From Candidatus Helarchaeota archaeon (GTDB lineage Archaea > Asgardarchaeota > Lokiarchaeia > Helarchaeales > RDOG01), in assembly GCA_019058315.1 (NCBI GenBank), contig JAHPZH010000002.1, positions 973,910 through 1,037,909 on the forward strand: a DNA stretch of 64,000 bases. Reading direction: 5' to 3'. Shown piece after piece: positions 19,117-28,900 of the stretch (its first letter is position 1; each line of letters begins with the position of its first letter). The notes below the pieces were generated by a model. That model searched no databases. It was not told the origin of the DNA and saw nothing but the letters and a program-made list of their open reading frames with translations. Both the position numbers and the translations under genes were made by a program.

Positions 19117-20724
19117 ATGAAAAGTAAAAAAACTAGATTATTTGTAATTCTACAAATTCTCCTAATCTTTTCTTATATTATTGGAAATAATATATTAAGA
19201 CAAAGCTATATCATCTCAATTAATAACAATATAAATGAAACTAAAATTAAAATTCGAAATTCTCTTAATTTGGTATGGGAAAAAACCGGAAAAGCAATTT
19301 GTATCAGTTTAGATGATCAGATGTATCCTCAAATATGTAATGATGGTGCTGAAGGTATGATTATAACATGGCGAGATGAGAGATTTGGAAATTATGATAT
19401 TTTTGCACATCGAATAAATTCAAATGGTGATAATATATGGGTAAACAACGGAATGCCTGTAGTCATCGAAAGTAATTCTCAGAAAGATCCTCAAATATGT
19501 AGTAATGGTGAAGGAGGTGCAATTATAACTTGGGAGGATAATCGGATAGGATCTAATGGTTATGACATATATGTACAAAGATTAAATTCTACTGGATTCT
19601 GGAATTGGACATTGAATGGTGTTGTCGTATGTAATATGACGGGTAGTCAATATGATCCTAAAATTTGTGTAAGTAATGATAGTAGTGCAATAATTGTATG
19701 GAAAGATTCAAGGATATCTAATTATGATATTTATGCTCAGTTAGTTAATGTTTCTGGTCATATGAAATGGGATACCAATGGAACTATTGTTTGTAATGAA
19801 CAGAGCCTTCAAGATTATCCAGAAATTTGTAGTGATGGTTTTGGGGGAGTTATTATTGTTTGGGAAGATAATAGAACTGGTAATTATGATATATATGCCC
19901 AAAGAATTAATTATATGGGTCAAGCGATTTGGGGCAATAACGGTACAAGAATATGCAATGAAAGCGGTCATCAAAGAACTCCCAAAATTTGTAGTGATGG
20001 CTTAGGCGGAGCTATTATAACTTGGGATGATAATAGAAGTATTAATTATGATATTTATGCCCAAAGGATAAATAGTACTGGACATGTTCAATGGATTAAT
20101 AATGGGATAATAATCTGTAATGAAATTGATATTCAAGGTGGAGTAAAGATATGTGAAGATGGAACTGGAGGTGCTATTATATCCTGGATGGATAAAAGAA
20201 TTGGTACCAATTTTGATCTTTATGCTCAAAGGATTAATTCAACAGGTTTCACATTATGGATAAAAAATGGTACGGCTTTATGTATTTCGACGACTGATGA
20301 TGAATTTCATAAATTATGTTATATCGGTAATGGGGACGTAATAATTACTTGGTCGAATCAAGAAAGTGGACTTGGTTATGACTTAAATGCTCAATATATC
20401 AGTTCAGATGGAATTATTAAATGGGGATCAAAGGGTGCTGTTGTATGCAATATGGATAGTAGTCAAATATATCCTGATCTCATTAATTATCAAGATGGTG
20501 GAGCCTTTATAGCTTGGTCTGATTACAGAAATACCAATTATGATATATTTGCACAAAGAATTAGTGATCAAAATACAAAACCTCCATTTCTATATGAATT
20601 AATTGTCTTGTTTCTTATACAACCATCATCTTCGCTATTAAATATTATATTGAAACCATATATGTTAGGAATAATAATTGGAGTGATAATAATTTTTGTT
20701 ATCATTATTAAAAAGAAACGGTGA
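19117..20724 (+). CDS. Membrane-anchored surface protein with eight ~55-aa repeats (probable beta-propeller)
   Basis: N-terminal hydrophobic helix; 8 copies of W..NG..IC.....Q..P.ICSDG.GGAII.W.D.R...YDIYAQRINS.G; C-terminal TM + KKKR. Confidence 0.88.
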   Translation: MKSKKTRLFVILQILLIFSYIIGNNILRQSYIISINNNINETKIKIRNSLNLVWEKTGKAICISLDDQMYPQICNDGAEGMIITWRDERFGNYDIFAHRINSNGDNIWVNNGMPVVIESNSQKDPQICSNGEGGAIITWEDNRIGSNGYDIYVQRLNSTGFWNWTLNGVVVCNMTGSQYDPKICVSNDSSAIIVWKDSRISNYDIYAQLVNVSGHMKWDTNGTIVCNEQSLQDYPEICSDGFGGVIIVWEDNRTGNYDIYAQRINYMGQAIWGNNGTRICNESGHQRTPKICSDGLGGAIITWDDNRSINYDIYAQRINSTGHVQWINNGIIICNEIDIQGGVKICEDGTGGAIISWMDKRIGTNFDLYAQRINSTGFTLWIKNGTALCISTTDDEFHKLCYIGNGDVIITWSNQESGLGYDLNAQYISSDGIIKWGSKGAVVCNMDSSQIYPDLINYQDGGAFIAWSDYRNTNYDIFAQRISDQNTKPPFLYELIVLFLIQPSSSLLNIILKPYMLGIIIGVIIIFVIIIKKKR

Positions 20725-23700
20725 ATGAAAATAAGAAATCAATTTTTTAAAAGGAATAAGATTTTTTTTTCTTTATTTTTTTTGATAATAACTATATCAA
20801 CATTAATCATATTATTTTTACAGATCCAAAATTCAAAATTTGATTTAAATGAATCCTTTAAAAACAAAAAATTCGTTCCTAAATATTATATTAACAGTTT
20901 AAATAACCAAATCATTAATTTCAATGATTCTAGCAACTTTGATAAAACTATAGTACCTAATACAAATCCGCTTGAAAGTAGTATAAATATCCCGAATTCT
21001 TCTGATCTTATTATTGAATATAAGGTCTCTTATAAGAGTGCCACTATAAATTTTATTAATAATATGGGTGGAAGAATAAAAAGAATATATCGTTATTCAA
21101 ACCAAATGGCTATTTATATTCCAATTGAGAATTTAACTTTATTAAAAGAATACAAAGGTCTTATTAGAGTAACTAAAGATAGGTTATTTAGAGCTTTTTT
21201 ACAATCCTCCGTCCCAATTATAAAACCAACAGCTACTTGGGCTCAAATAGAAACTTATTTTGGCTGTGCAATTAATGGTAGTGGAGTGCGTGTGGCAGTT
21301 CTAGATACTGGTATTAATGGAACTCACTGGGATTTTTGGCCTCGTGTTATACATAATGTTAGTTATGTTATAGGTGAGTCATGGGCTGATCTAAATGGGC
21401 ATGGTTCGCATGTGGCAGGAATTATTGCTGGAAATGGAAATAGAAGCTTTGGACAAAATGTTGGAGTAGCTCCTAGAGCATATCTTATGAATTTCAAAGT
21501 TTTAAATAAAGATGGTGCTGGATTTGAAAGTGATATTCTCGCTGCGTTAGAAGATTGTGTATCAAATGCGACTGATATAATAAACCTTTCTTTGGGTACA
21601 TATGAAAGTTCAAATGGAACAGATCCATATTCAGAAAAAGTTCGTTGGGTTGTAGAACAAGGAATCCCAGTAATTACTGTTTCTGGAGTGAATCATATAG
21701 GGAACTATAATATATCCATTCCAGGTACTTGTCCAACTGCAATTACTGTAGGGGCAACTACTGATTTAGATGTCATATATAGCCCCCAATCAAATGGACC
21801 AACTTTACCACCCTCGTATGATGTAAAACCAGATTTATTAGCTCCAGGGGACCATATTACCTCAGTTTATAAAAATGGAACACCTGGGGAATATTATATA
21901 GAAGGTAGTGGCACCAGCATGGCCTGTGCCCATGTTAGTGGCATGATCGCCTTAATTAAACAAGTTCATCCTACTTGGTCTCCAAAAATGATTAAAGATG
22001 CACTTATGAATAATGCTTTGAATCTAAATAAAGATGTCTTTAGCCAAGGTGCAGGACGGATTCAAGGTCCACAGAGTATTAATACAACAGTTATTGTAAA
22101 TGGAAGTATCAATTTTGGCTTAGTGGGTTCAAATAGGTCGAGAACATCCTTTTTAACCATTATAAATCTGGACACCACAGCAAAATCTCTGATAATAAGT
22201 CATAGTAATCCTAATTATCAAACTATCCCTTTTATAAACCTCCCTGCATCTACTAGAATAACCATACCTATCAATTTGTCATTTAATTCATTTAATAATT
22301 ATCATAATTATGATTTCCTTAAATTAGATTTTGGTATTAATTCAATTCACTCTGTTATAAGTAGTATTTGTCCAAATATAACTTTGAATTATCCAAATAA
22401 AATAAAATATAATCAAATTTCCAACTTCAATGGCTCTCTAATTATTGATAATGCCACTACTTTTAATTACACGGGTTATAAAGCAAAACTTTATCTAAAT
22501 TCCATTTTAAGTAAAGAACAATTCCTCAATAGCTCTGGATATTTTAACTTAAATTATTCATCATTTTTAAGAGGTAATTATAACGTCAGTATAGCTATCT
22601 ATGATCAATACAATAATTTTATTCATCAAAATGATAAAATATTGAAAGCAGAGGGAAATGATGTTGATATATTTAGTTTTGGTATTACGGAACAGGAAAA
22701 AATTGGCTTTATCTATTTAGAATTTTCTAATTTGGATGTTGGAAATGCAGTTGTAGATATTTTCACTCTTACTCATGCTTGGGTTAGATATACTGTAAAA
22801 GTCATCGATGGTAGAGCCATATTTTATACATTAGGGGTACTACCTGTGGGTTCATATCCTATACGAATTGAATTCAATGGTTCGTTAAAAGCAAATCCAG
22901 CAAGTGATAATTCCTTTTTATTTATTATTCCAAATAATGAAAAAGACACCCAAACAAGAAATAATTTAATAATTTTTGGAGTTCCTATAGTTGCATTCGC
23001 AATAATATCAATTGCAGTAATTTTAGAAAAAAGAAAACCAAAAATATTAAAAATTAAGAAAACAAAAAAAGTTATTGAGGAAACTAAAGATGAAGGAGAG
23101 GTAAGAGAAATAATTGAATTTGCCAGGTTACATTATGACAATAAACTGATTCAATTAAGTTGTTTTCGTAAATTATTTGATAAAGCTAAGGAAATGAGAG
23201 AAAAAAAAGATCCGTTCAATAAAAAAATATTTAGAGAGATAATTTATCATTTTAATTTTTATTCGAAGAATATTTCAATGAACGATCCTCAAGTCTATAC
23301 TACTGCTCAATTCAAAGAACTGTGGGAAATTAAGATGTTCTCATATTTATATATAGGTAACACTGAAAGAGCACAAAAATTAATGAAAAAACTAATTGAT
23401 TTCTGTAAAGATTCTAAAGACCCTGAATATAAAAAATGGCAACAAATATACAAAGATTATTTTTCAAGTGATTACATCCAAGAAGATCATTTGGTCTCCG
23501 AACAATTAAAAAAGTCTACAGAAAATGAAGTTCGAGAAAACACCTTATTGTTTGGAGATGAAAAAAGTATAATAAACAATTATCAAGAGATATTATTTGA
23601 AATCATGGGATTAATAAAAACACGGGAAAGAAACAAATTAATTAACGAGAGAATTTCAAAGAAAATTATCCAGATTTATGAAAATTGGAAAAAAGAATAT

Positions 23701-23922
23701 AATATAAATTTTAAGCAGCTATCTAAAATTCAATATAATGATCTATGTAAAATTCTTTGTTGGTCTTATATCAATATAAATAAATTAAAAAATGCTAGGG
23801 AAATTGCTAGGGATGCAATAGATTATTTCAGGAAAAGAAAAGAAAAGGATAACATATTATTTTGGAAGAATGGTATATATCTAATTTCGTTAATTATTAA
23901 AAGTAAGCATAATAAAAGATAA
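20725..23922 (+). CDS. Membrane-anchored S8 (subtilisin-like) serine peptidase with cytoplasmic helical tail
   Basis: N-terminal TM, propeptide, catalytic VAVLDTG / HGSHVAG / GTSMA, Ig-like domains, TM (LIIFGVPIVAFAIISIAVIL), then ~295 aa Lys/Glu-rich helical region. Confidence 0.93.
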   Translation: MKIRNQFFKRNKIFFSLFFLIITISTLIILFLQIQNSKFDLNESFKNKKFVPKYYINSLNNQIINFNDSSNFDKTIVPNTNPLESSINIPNSSDLIIEYKVSYKSATINFINNMGGRIKRIYRYSNQMAIYIPIENLTLLKEYKGLIRVTKDRLFRAFLQSSVPIIKPTATWAQIETYFGCAINGSGVRVAVLDTGINGTHWDFWPRVIHNVSYVIGESWADLNGHGSHVAGIIAGNGNRSFGQNVGVAPRAYLMNFKVLNKDGAGFESDILAALEDCVSNATDIINLSLGTYESSNGTDPYSEKVRWVVEQGIPVITVSGVNHIGNYNISIPGTCPTAITVGATTDLDVIYSPQSNGPTLPPSYDVKPDLLAPGDHITSVYKNGTPGEYYIEGSGTSMACAHVSGMIALIKQVHPTWSPKMIKDALMNNALNLNKDVFSQGAGRIQGPQSINTTVIVNGSINFGLVGSNRSRTSFLTIINLDTTAKSLIISHSNPNYQTIPFINLPASTRITIPINLSFNSFNNYHNYDFLKLDFGINSIHSVISSICPNITLNYPNKIKYNQISNFNGSLIIDNATTFNYTGYKAKLYLNSILSKEQFLNSSGYFNLNYSSFLRGNYNVSIAIYDQYNNFIHQNDKILKAEGNDVDIFSFGITEQEKIGFIYLEFSNLDVGNAVVDIFTLTHAWVRYTVKVIDGRAIFYTLGVLPVGSYPIRIEFNGSLKANPASDNSFLFIIPNNEKDTQTRNNLIIFGVPIVAFAIISIAVILEKRKPKILKIKKTKKVIEETKDEGEVREIIEFARLHYDNKLIQLSCFRKLFDKAKEMREKKDPFNKKIFREIIYHFNFYSKNISMNDPQVYTTAQFKELWEIKMFSYLYIGNTERAQKLMKKLIDFCKDSKDPEYKKWQQIYKDYFSSDYIQEDHLVSEQLKKSTENEVRENTLLFGDEKSIINNYQEILFEIMGLIKTRERNKLINERISKKIIQIYENWKKEYNINFKQLSKIQYNDLCKILCWSYININKLKNAREIARDAIDYFRKRKEKDNILFWKNGIYLISLIIKSKHNKR

Positions 23923-23995
23923 TTATTAAAAAAAAATCTAAATAAATTTAAAAAAAAATATTTATAAATAATAAAAAATACTAATGTGATTAAAT

Positions 23996-25894
23996 TTGAG
24001 GGAAAAAAAAGCATTCTGGTTAATTTTAGCATGTATTATTTTTGTCTTGTGTTCTCCAGCAATGAATAAACGGATTATATTCAATTATTTTTCATATAAT
24101 GAAAAAAATAATCGCTATACTCAATTGTCTACGAATCAAGTTCCAAATTTCTTATGGGAAGACAATGGTACTCCTATATGTACCGAAAATAATCATCAAA
24201 CTTTAGGGAGAATATGTACAGATACTACAGGAGGTGCAATAATAGTATGGGGTGATACAAGGAATATAGAATCGGACATTTATGTTCAGAGAATCACCGC
24301 CACTGGTCAAAAATTATGGAATAATAATGGAACTGTAATAACTAATGCAAGTGGAGATCAAAAACTCCCTAAGATTACCAGCGATGGTATAGGAGGTGCA
24401 ATTATCACTTGGATTAATGGTAGTGGTCTTAGCCAAGATATTTATTCTCAATATATAAACTCTACAGGAAATATTCAATGGAATCGCAATGGTACAAAAA
24501 TTTGTAATGAGAGTGGAAATCAGGATAAACCTCAAATCTGTTCTCCTATGAATGAAAATGCAATTATAACTTGGCAAGATCAACGTTTTTCAGATTGGGA
24601 TATCTATGCTCAATTAATAAATTCTTCCGGAAACATAAAATGGAAACCTAACGGAGTAGTCATTTCTAATGCTAGTAGTGATCAAGAAGAACCTCAAATA
24701 TGTAGTGATGGAAAAGATGGTGCAATTATAGTTTGGATGGATCATAGAGGCACTGATTATGATATCTATGCACAGAAAATAAATGCGACAGGTCATACCA
24801 AATGGGATAAAAATGGAACAGTAATATGTAACGTAAGTAATGATCAGAAGTCCCCTCAATTATGCTCAGACGGAAATGGTGGTGCATTTATTATTTGGAT
24901 TGACAACCGTACTGGAAATTGGGACATATTTTCACAAAGAATAAATAGTTCAGGTTATGTTCAATGGACTAAAAATGGTATTATAATTTGTAATGCAAAT
25001 CAAAGTCAAGTATATCCTCAGATATGTAATGATGGTTTCTTAGGTGCAATAATTACGTGGAGTGACTATAGGAGTGAAATTGATTTCGATATTTTTGCAC
25101 AACGAATAAATTCTTCGGGAAATGGATTATGGGGTAATAATGGTACTATAATATGTAATATGAGCAATGATCAAGCTTTTTCAAAGTTATGTACTGATGA
25201 GAATGGTGGCGCAATCATCGGTTGGCAAAGTTCTGGAGGTGCTTCTGGTACAGATATTTATACACAGCGTATTAATTCAACTGGGGATATTAAATGGGTA
25301 TCTAATGGTATATCCATTTGTACAGAGTCTGGTAATCAATTTGGTCCCTTAATGGTGAGCGATAACACTGGCGGTGTAGTTTTAACATGGCATGATTATA
25401 GAAATTCAGAATGGGATATTTTTGCTCAGCATATAAAAAACATTATACCGACTACAAACCAACCTGAATATATTACAACGACTATAAATAGTACAGAAAG
25501 TATCAATTGGACGGTATTTGACGATTTTGGTGGGGGTATGTTCCGAATTTGGACAAATGACACTAATAACAACAATTATATTTGGATAAATTGGACATTT
25601 TGGACTAAAAATACATCATATTTAATTCCAATCAATACTTCATATCCTGGAGTTTACAATTATACAATTGAATATTATGATGAACAATTACAATTTGGAA
25701 TTCCAAATACTGTGATAATTACAATTACAAATAGAACTAAATCTGGAGCTAATTTGGATTTATTATTGATTTTAGCTTTAGGTTTAAAACAACCCCAATT
25801 TTTAGATAAATTATTTGATCCTCTAGTAACTTTAGGCGGCATAATTGTCTTAACAATAATAATTATAATTGTAATTTATAAAAAGAAACAATAA
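23996..25894 (+). CDS. Paralogous eight-repeat propeller surface protein with Ig-like stalk and C-terminal anchor
   Basis: Signal-like N-terminus, 8 copies of the same repeat as 19117-20724, an Ig-like domain (GVYNYTIEYYD), TM + YKKKQ. Confidence 0.88.
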   Translation: MREKKAFWLILACIIFVLCSPAMNKRIIFNYFSYNEKNNRYTQLSTNQVPNFLWEDNGTPICTENNHQTLGRICTDTTGGAIIVWGDTRNIESDIYVQRITATGQKLWNNNGTVITNASGDQKLPKITSDGIGGAIITWINGSGLSQDIYSQYINSTGNIQWNRNGTKICNESGNQDKPQICSPMNENAIITWQDQRFSDWDIYAQLINSSGNIKWKPNGVVISNASSDQEEPQICSDGKDGAIIVWMDHRGTDYDIYAQKINATGHTKWDKNGTVICNVSNDQKSPQLCSDGNGGAFIIWIDNRTGNWDIFSQRINSSGYVQWTKNGIIICNANQSQVYPQICNDGFLGAIITWSDYRSEIDFDIFAQRINSSGNGLWGNNGTIICNMSNDQAFSKLCTDENGGAIIGWQSSGGASGTDIYTQRINSTGDIKWVSNGISICTESGNQFGPLMVSDNTGGVVLTWHDYRNSEWDIFAQHIKNIIPTTNQPEYITTTINSTESINWTVFDDFGGGMFRIWTNDTNNNNYIWINWTFWTKNTSYLIPINTSYPGVYNYTIEYYDEQLQFGIPNTVIITITNRTKSGANLDLLLILALGLKQPQFLDKLFDPLVTLGGIIVLTIIIIIVIYKKKQ

Positions 25895-25950
25895 TTCACG
25901 TTCTTTCTTTTTATTTTTCAAAAATTTCTAAAGATTTGTAATATACATCC

Positions 25951-28900
25951 TTATGAAAATGGAGAATAACCAACTATTCTTCCTATATCTCTCTTAAACG
26001 TATCCCAAGACATACCTAACATTATTTCACTCCTAAATTTTTTGGTTCTAGTTATTTTATATGAATAATATAAAGATCTTTGCAGACTACGAATATTGTT
26101 TTCCATAGTCTTTGGAATAAAAGTATAATCATCTCCAAATGGATTATAAAATAGTTTGGCATCAGGAAATTTATAAACTTGTGGTTCAGTAACTCTACGA
26201 CCAAATAAAAAGGAGGGTTTCTCTATAAGTTGACCAAAAATTTCAATTGACGCTCCTGCTTGTAATGGTCTTCCAAGAATATCCTCATCTAATTTACTAA
26301 CCCGCTCTAAAGGTTCGTAAAACGTCTCTCTGATTGATGGGATGTCGCCCGCTCCTTCCAGACTTGTCAAATAAGCTCTCTGAGCTCTGACCTCCTCTGC
26401 CTTCTCAGCTTTAGACCTCATATCAAAACCTAATTTTCCACCGACCTTTTTAATGGCAGTATCTATACCTTCATCTAAAATATAGGAAATAACTGCACCA
26501 ATAACATAATTTACTACATGACCATAGAAAAATTTAGGAGCATAACCTCCAATTATTGGTCCTGTGTTTATATACCATTGTGCTGCTTGAGGGATAGGAT
26601 TAGAAAATTCGAAATTCGCAAATGCATATCCCGTTCTTGGGGATCCTGCCAATTCTCCAGCTAAACCAGCTATTCCTCTAGCTGCAAGGGTTAAAAGTCC
26701 AGCGTGTAAAAATAATTCTGAAACAGTATCTGCTACAGTATAAGCTATCAATGCTATTGCAGCAGGTGAGGTTGCCCCATAAGAAATAATTGTTGAAGCG
26801 ATAGCGGCAATACAGACTCCGATTTTTACAATTGGTTCGAAATAAGCTGTATACCACTCCCAATCCTTCATAGTGAGTTTATGTAATGCTTTATAACTTG
26901 AATAAGCAAGTTTATAATCCTTATCGATTTCCAGAGGTATACCCATATATTTTACATCTAATAAATGACCTCTACGAAATTCATTCTGTTGTTCTAAGGT
27001 TAAGGAATTGAAATCTTTTCCATAGTTTTCCATTGCATATTGTTCTGGGTCGTAATCGTATATTTTAATTGTCAACCATGGTATTTGAACTTCTGCTCCA
27101 AGCATACTTAGCCAAGAATTCCAAATAAAATTATCTAATGGATAACCAAGAGAAACTTTATGGATATCTTTATTTAGATCCAGTTTAAATGGTTCTGCTT
27201 CATTTGAGGCATATACATAGGTAATATAGAACGTACTATCTGCCTTAGGAGTGTCTCCTACCCATTGGATCGAATTATAATATGGACTCTCTTCATCCTT
27301 TATATGTTTATAGTCAATATCTTTATAAAAGACCGTCTCATATTGAATAGTTATGTCATTTCCACCAGGAGAGTAAGGGGCTCCGTCCAGATAAAGGTGG
27401 ATGGTAAAAATGGGTGATTTTAATAGAAATTCCTCGATTTCGACGGTATACTGGTATCCTGAATTTATTTCATCTGTATAATCAAATGGTTGATTAATAT
27501 TTTGATCAATAATAATCATATTTTCATGATCTAAAGGGATATGAGTTAATTCATAAGAATTTGAGGTTGTAGATTCAAAAGTGTCAAGTTTTATGCCTTC
27601 TACATTAATAATATTTCCAGATTTAAGTAAGAAATTATATTCTTCTGAAGGTAGATATTCATATGCATCTCTTGCTTCTTTCATCCAGGAAGAATCTTCT
27701 TCCTCACCATATGAATTTTGAAAATTGCTCTCAATCCATATATATGCATTATTCACATCTGGGAAATGGGCTTTTAACGCAGCATCGAGTCTAATTTCGA
27801 ATGTTATATCCTGCAAAATAACGAATGGTAATCTTAATAATGTACCATAAGTATTAAACATTTCCCATTCTAATGGCTCTGAGGTAGCTATCCTTAATTG
27901 TAATGGTTCTCCAAATTCAGACCAACCAAATCCAGGGTCCCGTAAGGTTTTTTCATTAAATGGCATATCCGGATCTGTATATTGCTCATATAATTCCCAG
28001 TCTGTGTAATAACTCCTATAATCATGATCATTTATCCCCATATGACTAAAACCAGTGAAATACCCATACCAATCAGCACCCCATACACCTCCAAATAAAC
28101 CAGGTTCCGCAAGGTCAGAAAGTGGGAGCGGAGGACCAAATAGAACTTCTGGCATCATTAAAAATGCAGTAATTGGCATGACAAGAAAGTTTAAAGCATG
28201 AAAAAGTGGAGCATACCAAGTTGGTAATACAGTACCCCAAGCTTTGTTATAGATTGGTCTATTAAATGAATAAGTAGCAGGAATAAAGTCAGTCGTGACT
28301 GCTGGCCAATATCCTTCCCAATCAATACCAAAAGCACCAGTAGACGGATTCATATCAAGTAAATCGAAGCCAAATACACGTTTATGGATATTCCCAATCA
28401 TATTCTTATATCTATTACTTGTTATTGTGGTTAATTGTTGAAGTGTAATGAAATTTGTTATATATGCAGCGGTGAAACTAGTATTTAAATGGAACAAAGT
28501 AATCGGGTTTTGACTCATAGTATATGCTACAAATCCTCCACCATTATCATTTGCTTGAATAATACAAGGTATAGTGACTCCATCATATGAATTTCCAAAT
28601 CGGGCAAAATCAACTATTATTCTATCATAATAATCAATCAATGGTCTAACAAGTACTCCATAATTGGGAATATAGGGATCATTTAGACCTTCCCACATAT
28701 ATTTTCCATTATCAGTAGGTATTACTTCTCCTATACTTTTATTTATTTTGTAAGATGTATCAAGCAACGCCCATTTTATCCAATCCATATCCCTATTTTC
28801 TTCAAATTCGTCTTTATCCCTAAAATTAGTCTCTGCAGCCCAGTAATAATTAAATTCCATAGTTATTGATGGTGTAATAATGACTCTATAAGAATTATAT

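Noticed and set aside
19741-25352. Short alternative-frame ORFs and a possible CRISPR-like periodicity in the propeller genes
   Set aside because: The periodicity is a degenerate ~165-nt protein-coding repeat, not identical repeats with spacers; the short ORFs are shadows.
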